Sequence record: SRR22947727_4403
Reading direction: 5' to 3' (one strand)
Length of the DNA: 36,314 nt
A program made the position numbers and the translations under genes. Shown piece by piece: positions 16,817-27,279 of this stretch. The number at the start of each line of letters is the position of its first letter. Positions within the stretch are counted from its first letter, which is position 1. The notes beneath the pieces are model-generated. The model searched no databases, was not told the origin of the DNA, and saw nothing but the letters and a program-made list of their open reading frames with translations.

Positions 16817-17587
16817 TTAAGCCAGCGTTCCGGTGGTTAATACGGGGAAGCTGGCGAAGCCGAAGCGCCCCTGTTTTTCGGCTTCGGCAAGCTGGGTTTG
16901 CCAATCGCGCACCTTGTCTTCTGCAATTCCTTGGCGCAACGCAAAATTTGCCATCACTGCCTCGGTAAACCGTGCCGGAGAATTTTCATGGCGCTGCGTG
17001 ATCACAAACGCCAAGGACCGTGTGTGAATATTACGAATGGCCAGTTTGGCTAATTTTCCAGGCAGCTCCATTGGCAGCATCTGATGAAAACAATGCGCGC
17101 GAAACGCGTCGAAGATGAGGGTGTTTAATGCCTCATCCGCACCATGAAATTTAAAATGATCCCATAAAATTGAGATATTTACGAATTTTGACTGTGCTTT
17201 CAAAAGCGGTATGACAGCAGATAAAGCCGCGTCAACATCTTCAATATACTCAAGCGTTTGAATGGATGCGACCGCATCGCATGAGGCGGCTTTCAGCGCG
17301 ATTTCATCTGCCATACAACAAAAAAAGGTAGCCTGATCAAAACGGTTACACCGCTCGCGTGCCGCTTGGATTTGCGTTTTGCTAGGATCTAAACCAAAGG
17401 CTTTGCCGTGCGGGCCGACGGCGCGTGCCAACTCTTCAACCAAATGGCCACCGCCACAGCCAAGATCCAATATACTTTGCCCACTTCTCACATTCAGGGC
17501 CTCCATCACGGCTTGGCGCCGCTGTACACCGGCGCTGCTTGCGGCCATTTTGCGCTGTAACAGGCTGAGATCTCCCTCAAAATTCAT
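16817..17587 (-). CDS. Class I SAM-dependent methyltransferase (UbiE-like fold)
   Basis: 'GQSILDLGCGGG', 'GLDPS', 'QTLEYIEDVDAAL'. Confidence 0.9.
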   Translation of the reverse strand: MNFEGDLSLLQRKMAASSAGVQRRQAVMEALNVRSGQSILDLGCGGGHLVEELARAVGPHGKAFGLDPSKTQIQAARERCNRFDQATFFCCMADEIALKAASCDAVASIQTLEYIEDVDAALSAVIPLLKAQSKFVNISILWDHFKFHGADEALNTLIFDAFRAHCFHQMLPMELPGKLAKLAIRNIHTRSLAFVITQRHENSPARFTEAVMANFALRQGIAEDKVRDWQTQLAEAEKQGRFGFASFPVLTTGTLA

Positions 17588-17929
17588 ATCAGTTCCTTTA
17601 ATTTTCTATAGTCAAAACCCAAAGCTTTACCCGCACGTCGTGAACAGAACTTAAAGCAAATAAGCCACGATTAAAATTACATTTTGAGATAATTAGCCTG
17701 CATAAAAACCGGCCGGCCGTACATTGTTTTCCTGTTTCAAAAGGTTTTGGTATTTCAAGTTCAGCCGCAGTCATTCCTAGATGCACGATCTCGCCCCTCT
17801 AGCTGAGTGAAAAAGAAACATACGGTAAAACTTTTGTGTTAACGACTGCTCTGTTACACAGCTTGTACAGCAGCGGCGGGGTCATAACCGCTGCTGGCGT
17901 CTATTAAACGAGCTTACGGGATACATTGA

Positions 17930-18385
17930 ATGCAAGATTTAAACCCTGAGATTGCCCAATATATTCATGGGGATTACCAGACCCAAAATTTACTGAAGAG
18001 CTTTTCGGCTAAGATGACCAAATTGTCTTTAGGGCATGTTGAAATTGAAGCTCCCATTGCAGAGGCTATTTTAAATCAGCATGGGTTTGCGCATGCGGGG
18101 TTTGGCTTTTCTTTGGCGGATACGGCTGCTGGATATGCTGCAATCACGTATTTACCGCTGGGTCATAATATACTGACGGTTGAGTCGAAAATCAATTATT
18201 TGGCGCCAGCAAAGGGTGACACGCTATGTGCGGTTGGGCGGGTTATCCGCCCCGGGCGCCGGCTGTCTGTGGTGGTTGCGGATCTCTTTGCGATCACCGA
18301 AAAAACCCAACAAAAAATTGCGATTTTACAAACAACAATGATGCCGGTAGCACCTGAGGAGGCGCAAGGCGCGCGGTCTTTTTAA
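17930..18385 (+). CDS. PaaI family thioesterase (hotdog fold)
   Basis: 'NQHGFAHAG...LADTAAGYA', 'TVESKINYLAPA.G'. Confidence 0.92.
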   Translation: MQDLNPEIAQYIHGDYQTQNLLKSFSAKMTKLSLGHVEIEAPIAEAILNQHGFAHAGFGFSLADTAAGYAAITYLPLGHNILTVESKINYLAPAKGDTLCAVGRVIRPGRRLSVVVADLFAITEKTQQKIAILQTTMMPVAPEEAQGARSF

Positions 18386-18539
18386 AGCGTTTTTCGAAAA
18401 GGCGTGGGCATCGATCGAGCGGCTGTTGGCCGCGCGGCGGGTTGACGTTTAGACTTAAGGTTTTTTTACCAGCTCAGCCATTGGACAAACATCGGTGGAT
18501 CCTCTAAAGCAACCGCAAAGCAGGAAAGAGGCGAGAGCG

Positions 18540-20762
18540 ATGACTGAGAGCACAACCCCCGATATTATTTTTACAAAAGTAGATGAAGCACCCCAAATAG
18601 CATCTGTTTCGTTACTGCCGATTGTGCGCAGCTTTGCGGCGGCTGCAGGCGTTTCTATTGGAACAAAAGACATTTCTCTGGCGGGTCGGATCATCGCGAC
18701 TTTTCCCGAAAATTTAACGGCGGAGCAACGCCAGGAAGATGATCTGGCGGCTTTGGGCCAGCTGGTTAAAACGGCTGAGGCCAACGTGATCAAATTGCCG
18801 AATATATCGGCTTCGGTCCCGCAATTGGTGGCGGCGGTCAAAGAATTACAAGCGCAGGGTTATGATATTCCCGATTATCCTGAAAATCCGGCAAGCGATG
18901 CCGAAAAGCAAGTGCGCGCGAAATTTGATACGATCAAAGGCTCAGCGGTAAACCCGGTGCTGCGCGAGGGCAATTCGGATCGCCGCGCTGCCCGTGCGGT
19001 GAAAAAATATGCGATGGCCAATCCGCATTCCATGGGCGCGTGGAGCGCGTCGAGCAAAACCAGCGTGGCCAGTATGTCAATTGGGGATTTCAGATCGAAT
19101 GAGCGCTCGGTTACGCTGAGCGCGGCGCAGGCAGGCCCGGCGCGGATCGAATTGGTCTGCGCGAATGGTAATGTTCAGGTGTTGAAAGACGGTTTAGACT
19201 TTCCAGAAGGTACGATTGTGGATGCCACCTTTATGTCGGCTAAAGCTTTAAGGCAGTTTTTGGATGGCCAAATCGAGGCAACAAAAAAAGACGGTGTTTT
19301 GTTTTCCTTGCACTTAAAAGCCACCATGATGAAAGTGTCGGACCCGATTATTTTCGGCCATGCAGTAAAAGCCTATTTGCAACCGGTTTTTGACCGTTTT
19401 GGTGATGTTTTACAGGCTGCGGCCATCAATCCTAATTCTGGGATTGGCGCGATGATCGAGGATATTCAATCACTTCCTGAAAAAGATCAGATAGAGGCCG
19501 CGATTGCGGATGTGTTGGCAGACCGCCCACCGCTTTATATGGTGAATTCGGATAAGGGTATCAGCAATTTGCACGTGCCCTCCGATGTGATTATTGATGC
19601 GTCGATGCCGGCTTTGATCCGCGCAGGTGGCAAAGGCTGGGGGCCCGATGGCGCTGAGGCGGATGCAAATTGCGTTATTCCAGACAGTTCTTATGCAGCG
19701 GTATACGAAGAGGCTGTTGAAGACTGCAAAAAGAACGGTGCGTTAGATCCAACGCGCGCGGGCACTGTACAAAATGTTGGCCTTATGGCGCAAAAAGCTG
19801 AAGAATACGGCTCGCATCCCACTACATTTGAAATTCCTGAAGAGGGCACCGTGAGAATGGTGTTCGCCAATGGTGATGTTTTGCACGAACAGCTCGTGGA
19901 AAAAGGTGATATTTGGCGCTCGGCCTCAACGCGTAAAGCGCCGATTGAAGATTGGGTAAAGCTGGCAATCGATCGACAAAAAGCTGAAAATTGCCAGGCG
20001 GTTTTCTGGCTGGATGAGGCGCGGGCGCATGATGCTGAGCTGATTGCTTATGTGCGCCCTTTATTGGCCGCTGCAGGCGTTTCTGATAAATTTGTGATTA
20101 TGGCGCCGCGCGCCGCGACCCGCGCCAGTTTTGAAACAATCCGCGATGGGCGCAATACAATTGCTGTAACCGGAAATGTGCTGCGCGATTATCTAACCGA
20201 TTTATTTCCGATCTTAGAGCTGGGCACATCTGCCAAAATGCTTTCGATCGTAAAGCTGATGAATGGCGGCGGCTTGTTCGAAACCGGAGCAGGGGGCTCG
20301 GCCCCCAAACACGTGCAGCAATTGATGGAAGAAAACCATTTACGCTGGGATTCCTTGGGGGAGTTTTGCGCCATTGGAGAAAGCTTTAATTTCTTGGCAG
20401 ATGTAAAAGAAAATGCAAAAGCCAAAATTCTAGGTGATGCGGTGGATGCCGCTGTGCAAGGCGTTTTGGATCATAACAGATCGCCGATGCGCCGGGTTGG
20501 GCAGCCCGATAACCGCGACAGCCATTTTTACTTCGCTCTATATTGGGCTCAGGCGCTGGCCTCGCAAAAAGATGATGCAGATGTTGCGGCACATTTTACC
20601 CCGATTGCTGGGGCATTGGCGGAGAATGAAGCCACCATCATAGCCGAGCTGTCTGCGCTGCAAGGCAAAGCCGTGGATCTTGGGGGCTATTACAATATGG
20701 ATGCTCAAAAATCCGAAGCCGCCATGCGCGGATCACAAACCTTTCTGGATATTATTGGTTAA
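18540..20762 (+). CDS. icd: Monomeric NADP-dependent isocitrate dehydrogenase
   Basis: About 740 aa; 'DEAP', 'IKLPNISAS', '[17 protein letters not shown]', '[17 protein letters not shown]', '[15 protein letters not shown]'. Confidence 0.97.
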   Translation: MTESTTPDIIFTKVDEAPQIASVSLLPIVRSFAAAAGVSIGTKDISLAGRIIATFPENLTAEQRQEDDLAALGQLVKTAEANVIKLPNISASVPQLVAAVKELQAQGYDIPDYPENPASDAEKQVRAKFDTIKGSAVNPVLREGNSDRRAARAVKKYAMANPHSMGAWSASSKTSVASMSIGDFRSNERSVTLSAAQAGPARIELVCANGNVQVLKDGLDFPEGTIVDATFMSAKALRQFLDGQIEATKKDGVLFSLHLKATMMKVSDPIIFGHAVKAYLQPVFDRFGDVLQAAAINPNSGIGAMIEDIQSLPEKDQIEAAIADVLADRPPLYMVNSDKGISNLHVPSDVIIDASMPALIRAGGKGWGPDGAEADANCVIPDSSYAAVYEEAVEDCKKNGALDPTRAGTVQNVGLMAQKAEEYGSHPTTFEIPEEGTVRMVFANGDVLHEQLVEKGDIWRSASTRKAPIEDWVKLAIDRQKAENCQAVFWLDEARAHDAELIAYVRPLLAAAGVSDKFVIMAPRAATRASFETIRDGRNTIAVTGNVLRDYLTDLFPILELGTSAKMLSIVKLMNGGGLFETGAGGSAPKHVQQLMEENHLRWDSLGEFCAIGESFNFLADVKENAKAKILGDAVDAAVQGVLDHNRSPMRRVGQPDNRDSHFYFALYWAQALASQKDDADVAAHFTPIAGALAENEATIIAELSALQGKAVDLGGYYNMDAQKSEAAMRGSQTFLDIIG

Positions 20763-20925
20763 ACAATCATGGTGTCCGCCGCTCGCGGGCGCCTGATTTT
20801 ATGTTTTCCAGCTAGACGTTTTTTTGGGTCATCCTACCGGCGCCATCATTTTTGCACCGCCGACTGAACATTTTTGGAATATGGACGTTACTTTCATTGA
20901 GGCAGGATAAATTTATCCGCCCCAG

Positions 20926-21765
20926 ATGGAGTGTTTGATGCGTTTGACCGAGGAACTGATCGCAAGCTTACAGCGCAGCGGTCAATCACGGCATTTATAT
21001 GATTCTGTGGTAGAGGGGCTTTGCCTCTCTATATCGGGTTCTGGTGCAAAAACTTGGTATCTTTGTTCTGAATTTTTGGGCGAAGACGAGCGTATTAAGC
21101 TGGGGGTGCATCCCAAACTATCGGTAAAAGCGGCGCGCCTCAAAGCCAATCGAATTGACGCTTTGGCCGAGAATTTTGAACAAAAAAAACTTACCAGAAC
21201 ACCAATGCAGCCTGGCCAAGCGGTGCAGCCCATGCAAAAAAAACCCGCCCGCTACAGCCGGCCCATAGAACCAGCGCGGGCGTTTCAGCACCAAGAACAA
21301 TCGCGTTTTTGTCAATCAGAGCAGCAACGCGAGCAAGCCGAGCTTCAGCTTCTTTGGAACACATATGAGGTTTCGCGCGATTTGCAGGTCTTGTCAGAGC
21401 TTTTGCGCAGCGGTCATTTGCAAAAGCATCCGCTTCCCGCTGGAATGGCAGAAGAGCTTGCTGCCTTTCTTGATCTTGCCAAACCACATGCGCAGGCGGC
21501 GCCTGACCGGGATGATGATCATATTTTCATGGCCTATTGGCGCCACACTGAATTGAAAACCGGATCAAACCCTTTGGTGCTTGACGAGGCGGCTCTTGCG
21601 GCCTGCGCCGATTTTATGGAGGCGATTGGCCGGCCGTGCTCGGGCGAAACGCTGCGGGGTCGCGTGTCTGAGCATTACGCCGATTGGCGGGTGCAAAATG
21701 AGGCACAGCTTCAAAAATCTGCGCAGGTTTTGAAAGGCTTGCCAAGCGGAGCGGCAGAACATTAG
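20926..21765 (+). CDS. Integrase arm-type DNA-binding domain (DUF4102-like) protein without a tyrosine-recombinase catalytic domain
   Basis: N-terminal 'LYDSVVEGLCLSISGSGAKTWYL...RIKLGVHPKLSVKAARLKA' is the P4-like integrase arm domain. The rest is a Q/P-rich linker and an unrecognised helical domain. Start is 20926 or 20938. Confidence 0.8.
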   Translation: MECLMRLTEELIASLQRSGQSRHLYDSVVEGLCLSISGSGAKTWYLCSEFLGEDERIKLGVHPKLSVKAARLKANRIDALAENFEQKKLTRTPMQPGQAVQPMQKKPARYSRPIEPARAFQHQEQSRFCQSEQQREQAELQLLWNTYEVSRDLQVLSELLRSGHLQKHPLPAGMAEELAAFLDLAKPHAQAAPDRDDDHIFMAYWRHTELKTGSNPLVLDEAALAACADFMEAIGRPCSGETLRGRVSEHYADWRVQNEAQLQKSAQVLKGLPSGAAEH

Positions 21766-21767
21766 GG

Positions 21768-21797
21768 GGGCTATTTTTGTCAATAGTGCCCATTTTT
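21768..21797 (+). terminator. Possible intrinsic terminator after the arm-domain gene
   Basis: Bulged stem GGGCTATT / AATAG(TG)CCC followed by ATTTTT. Confidence 0.35.
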
Positions 21798-21986
21798 GAA
21801 CATAGGTAGCGCATGGCACCTGCGCGCTTGCCGCGATTCTTTACAATCAAGCTAAACAAATTCTTGGCAGCGCCGTATATTCGAGAAAGGCGTAGTGTCA
21901 GATGAGCCCGTCTCATAGGCGCGGTATCTAAAGGTTTTGGCTGCAATCAAAAGTTATTTTGGCTTTTGAGACATCAGGGTTAGGGT

Positions 21987-22415
21987 ATGACGACGCATTT
22001 TAGTGCAAAATCAAATCACGGCGCAAAATCACAGGTCTTTGAGTCCTTCAATTTTGTTGTTGAGGATGCGGAAGATCATATACGCTTGATCCGAAAAAAA
22101 CGCGATCAATTAACCAAGGATCTGGAAGAACAAATCCGTCTTTTAACCGATCGCACCTATCGTCCTGTGCGCTATACGTGGCGCAGTGATGTGAACGGTA
22201 ATGTTAGAAAAGTGGAAGTGCCCCTTAAAATCAAACAATGGTGGCTGGAAACGCTGGATGGGACGATACAATTATCGGTGTTTTACAAAGGTCGGGCGAT
22301 AGAATTACGGCAGGGCCGCCGCGCCATCAAAGTGGATGAGATGAAAGAGTTGGTGCCCACCCTTCAATTGTTACAACTTTCGGTCAAATTAGGCGATTTT
22401 GACAATTTAGTATGA
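21987..22415 (+). CDS. Conserved hypothetical protein (DUF6641-like)
   Basis: 'KRDQL...LEEQI.L', 'IKQWW....DG...LSVFY....IEL..G..AI.V....ELVPTL......V..G.FD' pattern recalled for this family. Confidence 0.65.
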   Translation: MTTHFSAKSNHGAKSQVFESFNFVVEDAEDHIRLIRKKRDQLTKDLEEQIRLLTDRTYRPVRYTWRSDVNGNVRKVEVPLKIKQWWLETLDGTIQLSVFYKGRAIELRQGRRAIKVDEMKELVPTLQLLQLSVKLGDFDNLV

Positions 22416-22558
22416 TCCAAAACAATAGGCCCATATTGTTTCAAAACCACGTGTAAAAAGAAACCGAGATTTCGAGAATGCGCTCGATGCAACGCCTTTT
22501 TGGATAAGGCATAAATCTGTTAGACAACTCTCGCAGGCGGGAAGAGCGGAATTTTTTG

Positions 22559-23304
22559 ATGATATATGCGCATAAAATTTTACCGCTGTTTTTAAGCCCT
22601 TTGGGGCTGGCGATTATTTGCCTGTTTTGCGCAATCTTGTTTCGCAAACGCCGGTTTTCAGGTTTCGCTTAGTTGATCTTATGGTTTGGATCTTTACCGG
22701 TTGTGTCGCAGACCCTTCTGGAAAAGTTGGAACAGGGCAGGGAGATATCTTCCGCAGACGCCGTCCCAAAGGCAGATGCAATCGTTGTGTTAAGCGGAAT
22801 GCTGCGCGCGGTTTCGAGCGGTGATCGGATTTTCTATGAATTCAATGATGCTGCAGACCGTTTTTTGCAGGGATTGATCTTATTGAGCATCAGAAAGCGC
22901 CTTTATTAATCCTCACACGGGGTCAACTGCCTTGGAGTAAGGGCGCGGCCGAGGGCGAGGTTTTGGCCGATTTAGCCAAGAAATACGGGGTTGATCCAAA
23001 ACAAATCAGGCTGACGCCTCCGGTGCAGAACACCGATCAAGAAGCGCGCGCCATCGCTGCTTTAATGCCCCAAGAGCAACGCCGCATTGTTTTGGTAACC
23101 TCGGCGTTTCATATGCCGCGCGCCCAGCAGGTTTTTGCCGCGCAAGGTCTGATGATCCATCCGTATCCGGTAGATTTTCGCGCCACATATAAACAGGCCA
23201 ACTTTCTAGATTTTTTGCCCACAGCAGAGGCCTTCGAAGAGACGTCTTTATGCGTTCGCGAAATGATCGGCCGCTTGTATTATAGGCTTAAATATCCTGA
23301 TTAG
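22559..23304 (+). pseudogene. YdcF/ElyC (DUF218) family gene disrupted by a nonsense codon and a frameshift
   Basis: ATG 22559 MIYAHKILPLFLSPLG..., in-frame TAG at 22670-22672, continues ADAIVVLSG...DRFLQG. A 1-nt frameshift near 22871 restores IDLIEHQKAPLLILTRGQLPW...NTDQEA...LVTSAFHMPRA..PYPVDF. Confidence 0.88.
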
Positions 23305-25024
23305 CCTCGGCGCTTTGACCACCGGAAAACCTTAATTTCCACTCTGCAGCTTCTTCATCACTAATTTTACGAAATGTCACATCTGGCACGCTGAACCCGT
23401 GCCCGGGTTGCAAACGGGTTAGGCTGGCTTCAACATCGCCATCCGGCCAGCGATCATCGCTGCTTTGCATTGCCGTCATCAGCGTGGCGCTGGCATCGGG
23501 AATAAACGGGCTAGACAAGACCGCATAGAAGCGGATGAGGTTCAGCGCCAAACGAATTTGCGCGGCGGCTTTTTCAGGGTCGGTTTTAAAGGTGGCCCAA
23601 GGGGCCGCGTTTTGCAGATATTCATTTCCGGCCACCCAGATCGCGCGCAATTCAGCCGCTGATTTGCGCACTTCCATGCGTTCCATCAGGTCTTCATACA
23701 TGCGCAACCGGGCGGTTAAATCGGCGATCAGCTGCTTTTCCTCTGGCCCTAAACTGCCCCCTTCTGGAACCGCTTCACCAAATTTACTGCGGCAAAATTT
23801 TGTGACACGGCTGACAAAATTTCCCAACACATCCGCCAGATCTTTATTGACGCTGGCTTGAAAATTTTCCCAGGTGAATTCGGCATCCGAGCTTTCTGGT
23901 GCATGGCTTAGCAGCCACCAGCGCCAATAGTCTGCCGGTAATATCTCGAGCGCTTGATCCATAAAGACGCCGCGCCCGCGCGAGGTGCTAAATTGCCCGC
24001 CATCATAATTCAAATAATTGAAAGATTTAATATAATCTACCAATTTCCAAGCCGCGCCCGACCCTAAAATTGTGGCCGGAAAAGAGAGCGTGTGGAAGGG
24101 TACATTATCTTTGCCCATAAACTGCGTATAGGTGACATCCTGCGCGCCTTTATCGGTGCGCCACCAGCGCTGCCAGTCGCTGCCTTTGCCGGCATCCTGC
24201 CATTCTTGCGCACAGGCAATATATTCTATCGGCGCATCAAACCAGACATAGAACACTTTGTCTTCCATGCTGGGCCAAGGATCTTCGCCTTTACGCACTG
24301 GAATGCCCCAATTTAAATCGCGGGTGATGCCGCGATCTTGCAAGCCATCGCCGTCATTTAGCCATTTTTTTGCGATTGAAACGGTTAAAAGCGGCCAATC
24401 GGTTTTACCATCAATCCAGGTTTGCAGCTGGTCGCGCATCTGGCTTTGGCGAAGGTAAAGATGTTTGGTTAGGCGCCGTTCTAGATCCGTTGCTCCGGAT
24501 ATCGTAGAGCGGGGGTTGATCAAATCGGCAGGGTCTAATTGTTTGGTGCACTCATCGCATTGATCGCCCCGCGCATCTTCAAATCCGCAATTCGGGCAGG
24601 TTCCCTCGATATAGCGATCGGGAAGGTAGCGGCCATCGGTGGGCGAATACATCTGGGTTTCTTGCACTTCCCGGATCAGGTTTGCATCGGCCAGTTTGCC
24701 GGCAAAATATTGCGTCAGCTTTTGGTTTTGCGGGCTGGATGATCTGCCGAAATGGTCAAATGATAGGCGAAATCCATTGGCAATTTTGGCCTGAATGGCG
24801 TGCAGCTCGGCGCAATATTCGGCCACAGGTTTGCCCGCTTTTGCCGCAGCCAGCTCGGCCGGGGTTCCATGCTCATCGGTTGCGCATAAGAACAGCACTT
24901 CATTGCCACGTGCCCTTTGATAACGCGCGAAAAGATCTGCAGGCAACTGGCTGCCAATGAGGTTGCCCAGATGTTTCACCCCGTTGATGTAGGGGATTGC
25001 CGATGTAATCAGGTGACGTGTCAT
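23288..25024 (-). CDS. metG: Methionine--tRNA ligase
   Basis: '[15 protein letters not shown]', 'TDEHG', Zn knuckle CPNC/CDEC, 'YVWFDA', 'GKDN.PFH', 'QFSTS'. No C-terminal tRNA-binding appendage. Confidence 0.97.
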   Translation of the reverse strand: MTRHLITSAIPYINGVKHLGNLIGSQLPADLFARYQRARGNEVLFLCATDEHGTPAELAAAKAGKPVAEYCAELHAIQAKIANGFRLSFDHFGRSSSPQNQKLTQYFAGKLADANLIREVQETQMYSPTDGRYLPDRYIEGTCPNCGFEDARGDQCDECTKQLDPADLINPRSTISGATDLERRLTKHLYLRQSQMRDQLQTWIDGKTDWPLLTVSIAKKWLNDGDGLQDRGITRDLNWGIPVRKGEDPWPSMEDKVFYVWFDAPIEYIACAQEWQDAGKGSDWQRWWRTDKGAQDVTYTQFMGKDNVPFHTLSFPATILGSGAAWKLVDYIKSFNYLNYDGGQFSTSRGRGVFMDQALEILPADYWRWWLLSHAPESSDAEFTWENFQASVNKDLADVLGNFVSRVTKFCRSKFGEAVPEGGSLGPEEKQLIADLTARLRMYEDLMERMEVRKSAAELRAIWVAGNEYLQNAAPWATFKTDPEKAAAQIRLALNLIRFYAVLSSPFIPDASATLMTAMQSSDDRWPDGDVEASLTRLQPGHGFSVPDVTFRKISDEEAAEWKLRFSGGQSAEANQDI

Positions 25025-25130
25025 GCTGGCCTCATTCTTAGCTGGCCCTTCCTCTAGACTAAGTTCGCGGTCGGGGAAAGAGCATGCCGCGTTTTGCTAA
25101 AGGTCCGCATGGGCAGGTCATGGTGCCATT

Positions 25131-26384
25131 TTAATGTTCATCCGTTTTAGAGCGCACAGAGTTGCCGCGCTCTCTGCTGCTGCCCAATAAGCGGCCAATG
25201 GTGAATGTGGTGCGCGGGGCATATACATAGGGTGTTTTTTCGGTGGCTGTTGGCCGCACTCGCATACGGTTGAGGCCAAAAATCACCAAAGCCACATGCC
25301 CCAGCGCAATAAGAATGAATAAGGCTGCGGGTCCAAAGGATGAAATCAATTGCGAGGCGATAAAGGGCGCCGCGATCGCGCCTAAGGCAAAAAAGAACAG
25401 CAGCGCTGCGGATAATTCAACCCGTTCTTCCGAGCTGGCAAAATCATGCGCATGCGCAGTGGCCACCGAATAGATGGGAAAAGTGGTGAAACCGAACAAA
25501 GCGGCCATAATCAGAACCACGGTGATGTTGCTGTTGCTGAAGCTGGCGGTGAGGATGCAGCTGAGGATTGCAGCAATAGACAGCCAGATCAAAACCCATC
25601 GCCGATCATATTTATCTGCCAGCCAGCCGATTGGATATTGCGCGATTGCGCCCCCCAAAACAAACGTTGCCAGAAAATAGCCAAGTTGCGCGGCGCTTAA
25701 GCCTATTTCATTGCCATAGACGGGCCCGACCATTCGAAAAGATGCACCTGATAAGGCCGCGACCAAAACTCCTGCGGCGGCAAGGGGAGAACGCTGTATT
25801 GCAAGAGAGGGGCGCAACCGGGGTGCGCTGGGTGTTGCCGGTTGTTGAACCGTGGTCAAGGTTAAGGGGATCAGCGTGGCGCAGCATAGCAGTGCCAAGA
25901 TATTATAGGAAACATAGCTTGCTGCGGGCAAAACGCTGATAAGCAATTGCGCGCCCAGCGAGCCACCCAGATCAACAATGCGATAGGTGGCCATCGCGCG
26001 GCCGCGCGTGCTATTGGTAACCTTGGCTTGCATCCAAGCTTCAACCACCGTGTAGCAGCCTGCAATACACAGGCCTGAAGCGATGCGCATACCCGCCCAT
26101 GCATAAGGATCAAGCACCAGCATATGCGCCAATAATCCGATGGCTCCGGTGGCGGTAAACGCTGCAAATGCACGCGAATGGCCAACCTTGCCCATCACTC
26201 TTGGCGCCCACCAGCAGCCAATTAGAAATCCAAAAAAATGCGCAGAACCGAGCAAGCCGATTTGCTGGGTGGTAAATCCCAAGGCAAAGCCCGATAAGGC
26301 ATCAAGCGGACCGAGGCCGCCCGTAGAGGTTTGCAGCAACACAACGGATAGAAAAAGTGCTGCAAAAGAAAGTAAAAGTCTCAT
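25131..26384 (-). CDS. MFS transporter (YcaD-like)
   Basis: About 12 hydrophobic segments; 'VGHSRAFA', 'EAW.......RGR....Y', 'QYPIGWLADKYDRR'. Confidence 0.92.
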   Translation of the reverse strand: MRLLLSFAALFLSVVLLQTSTGGLGPLDALSGFALGFTTQQIGLLGSAHFFGFLIGCWWAPRVMGKVGHSRAFAAFTATGAIGLLAHMLVLDPYAWAGMRIASGLCIAGCYTVVEAWMQAKVTNSTRGRAMATYRIVDLGGSLGAQLLISVLPAASYVSYNILALLCCATLIPLTLTTVQQPATPSAPRLRPSLAIQRSPLAAAGVLVAALSGASFRMVGPVYGNEIGLSAAQLGYFLATFVLGGAIAQYPIGWLADKYDRRWVLIWLSIAAILSCILTASFSNSNITVVLIMAALFGFTTFPIYSVATAHAHDFASSEERVELSAALLFFFALGAIAAPFIASQLISSFGPAALFILIALGHVALVIFGLNRMRVRPTATEKTPYVYAPRTTFTIGRLLGSSRERGNSVRSKTDEH

Positions 26385-26466
26385 AAATTTCTATTTGCCG
26401 CTTTTCGGGCGGCGCTACTAGCATATAGTCGACATTGGCGGTCGTTAATGCGCGTTAATGTATGAT

Positions 26467-27078
26467 TTAGGTCATGGCAGTGAAACAATAATCAGGGGTT
26501 TGCGCGATATGCCAAGCGCGCGGTGGTGCGCGCCGCGCCTTTAAGCGCTTGAGCTGCCAGCCGGGTTGCTCTTCTGTGCTGTCTGGTTGCAAAAGCCATC
26601 GTGTTTCAACCCCTGCCGCACCACCTTTATCGGGGGTTAATAGCACCCCAAGCGGCGGCGCTTTTGCGCTGTATTTTGCGCCGGTTTCTGCTGCCAAATG
26701 TAACCGGCGTACCGGCGTGAGCGCTGGATAGTCGTTCAAATCTGCAACCACCAAAGGGACAACACCGCTGCGCAAGGCTTCTTCCATACACCACAGGCTG
26801 TCCACTGGTCGCTGCGGTGTGGCAAAAAGCAGCCGGGCCGGATCCAAAAAAGGCTGTATCCCGTCTGGGTTCGGGCGCTGTGTTTCATATTGGGGCGTGA
26901 TCCATAAAATTGGCCCCGAAAGCTGTGCTGCGAGCATCAGGGCAAAGCTGCGCCTGGCGCGTCCGGCGCATTCATGCACCCGCCCTAAATCTAAGCGGAT
27001 ATCCAGATTTCGAGTCTGAAAGGGAGCGATTTGGGGCCGCGTGCTGCGATTTTGTCGAGTCAGTAAGTTAATATCCAT
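26467..27078 (-). CDS. imuA: ImuA family SOS mutagenesis protein (RecA/SulA-like)
   Basis: 'GRVHECAG', 'GPILWI', 'LWCMEEALRSG', 'RRLHLAAE.G', 'A..VETRW'; LexA box directly upstream. ATG 27078 is preferred over 27099, which lies inside the box. Confidence 0.88.
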   Translation of the reverse strand: MDINLLTRQNRSTRPQIAPFQTRNLDIRLDLGRVHECAGRARRSFALMLAAQLSGPILWITPQYETQRPNPDGIQPFLDPARLLFATPQRPVDSLWCMEEALRSGVVPLVVADLNDYPALTPVRRLHLAAETGAKYSAKAPPLGVLLTPDKGGAAGVETRWLLQPDSTEEQPGWQLKRLKARRAPPRAWHIAQTPDYCFTAMT

Positions 27079-27093
27079 AATGCCTTTATATAT

Positions 27094-27108
27094 GTTCATG
27101 ATTTGTTC
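27094..27108. promoter_or_regulatory. Alphaproteobacterial LexA (SOS) box GTTC-N7-GTTC
   Basis: GTTCatgatttGTTC is an exact consensus match 15 bp upstream of the imuA start. Confidence 0.9.
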
Positions 27109-27279
27109 TCAATAAAAATAAGCTATAATATCGATGGTTTGCGCATCACATAACACCCTGCTGTCAGCGTGAAACTTTTCATCGGGCCCGCAGATTTTTC
27201 ATAGGGTCTTCACGATTGATTGCACTTTGCAGTGAAATGATAGATCACTGTTAAACCAGTCGGTTAAGGAGATTTTGGT

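Noticed and set aside
10296-20762. Functional link between the KGSA dehydrogenase and icd through 2-oxoglutarate
   Set aside because: They are separated by unrelated, oppositely oriented genes and share no visible regulatory motif.
20700-22560. Prophage or integrative element inserted at the icd 3' end
   Set aside because: No duplicated icd 3' sequence (att), no catalytic integrase and no phage or conjugation genes were found.
22670-22672. Programmed amber read-through (pyrrolysine) in ydcF
   Set aside because: The TAG falls in a hydrophobic segment where Leu (TTG) is expected, and a second lesion exists. Simple decay explains it.
26445-26458. CtrA box
   Set aside because: Spacing is TTAA-N6-TTAA rather than the N7 consensus.
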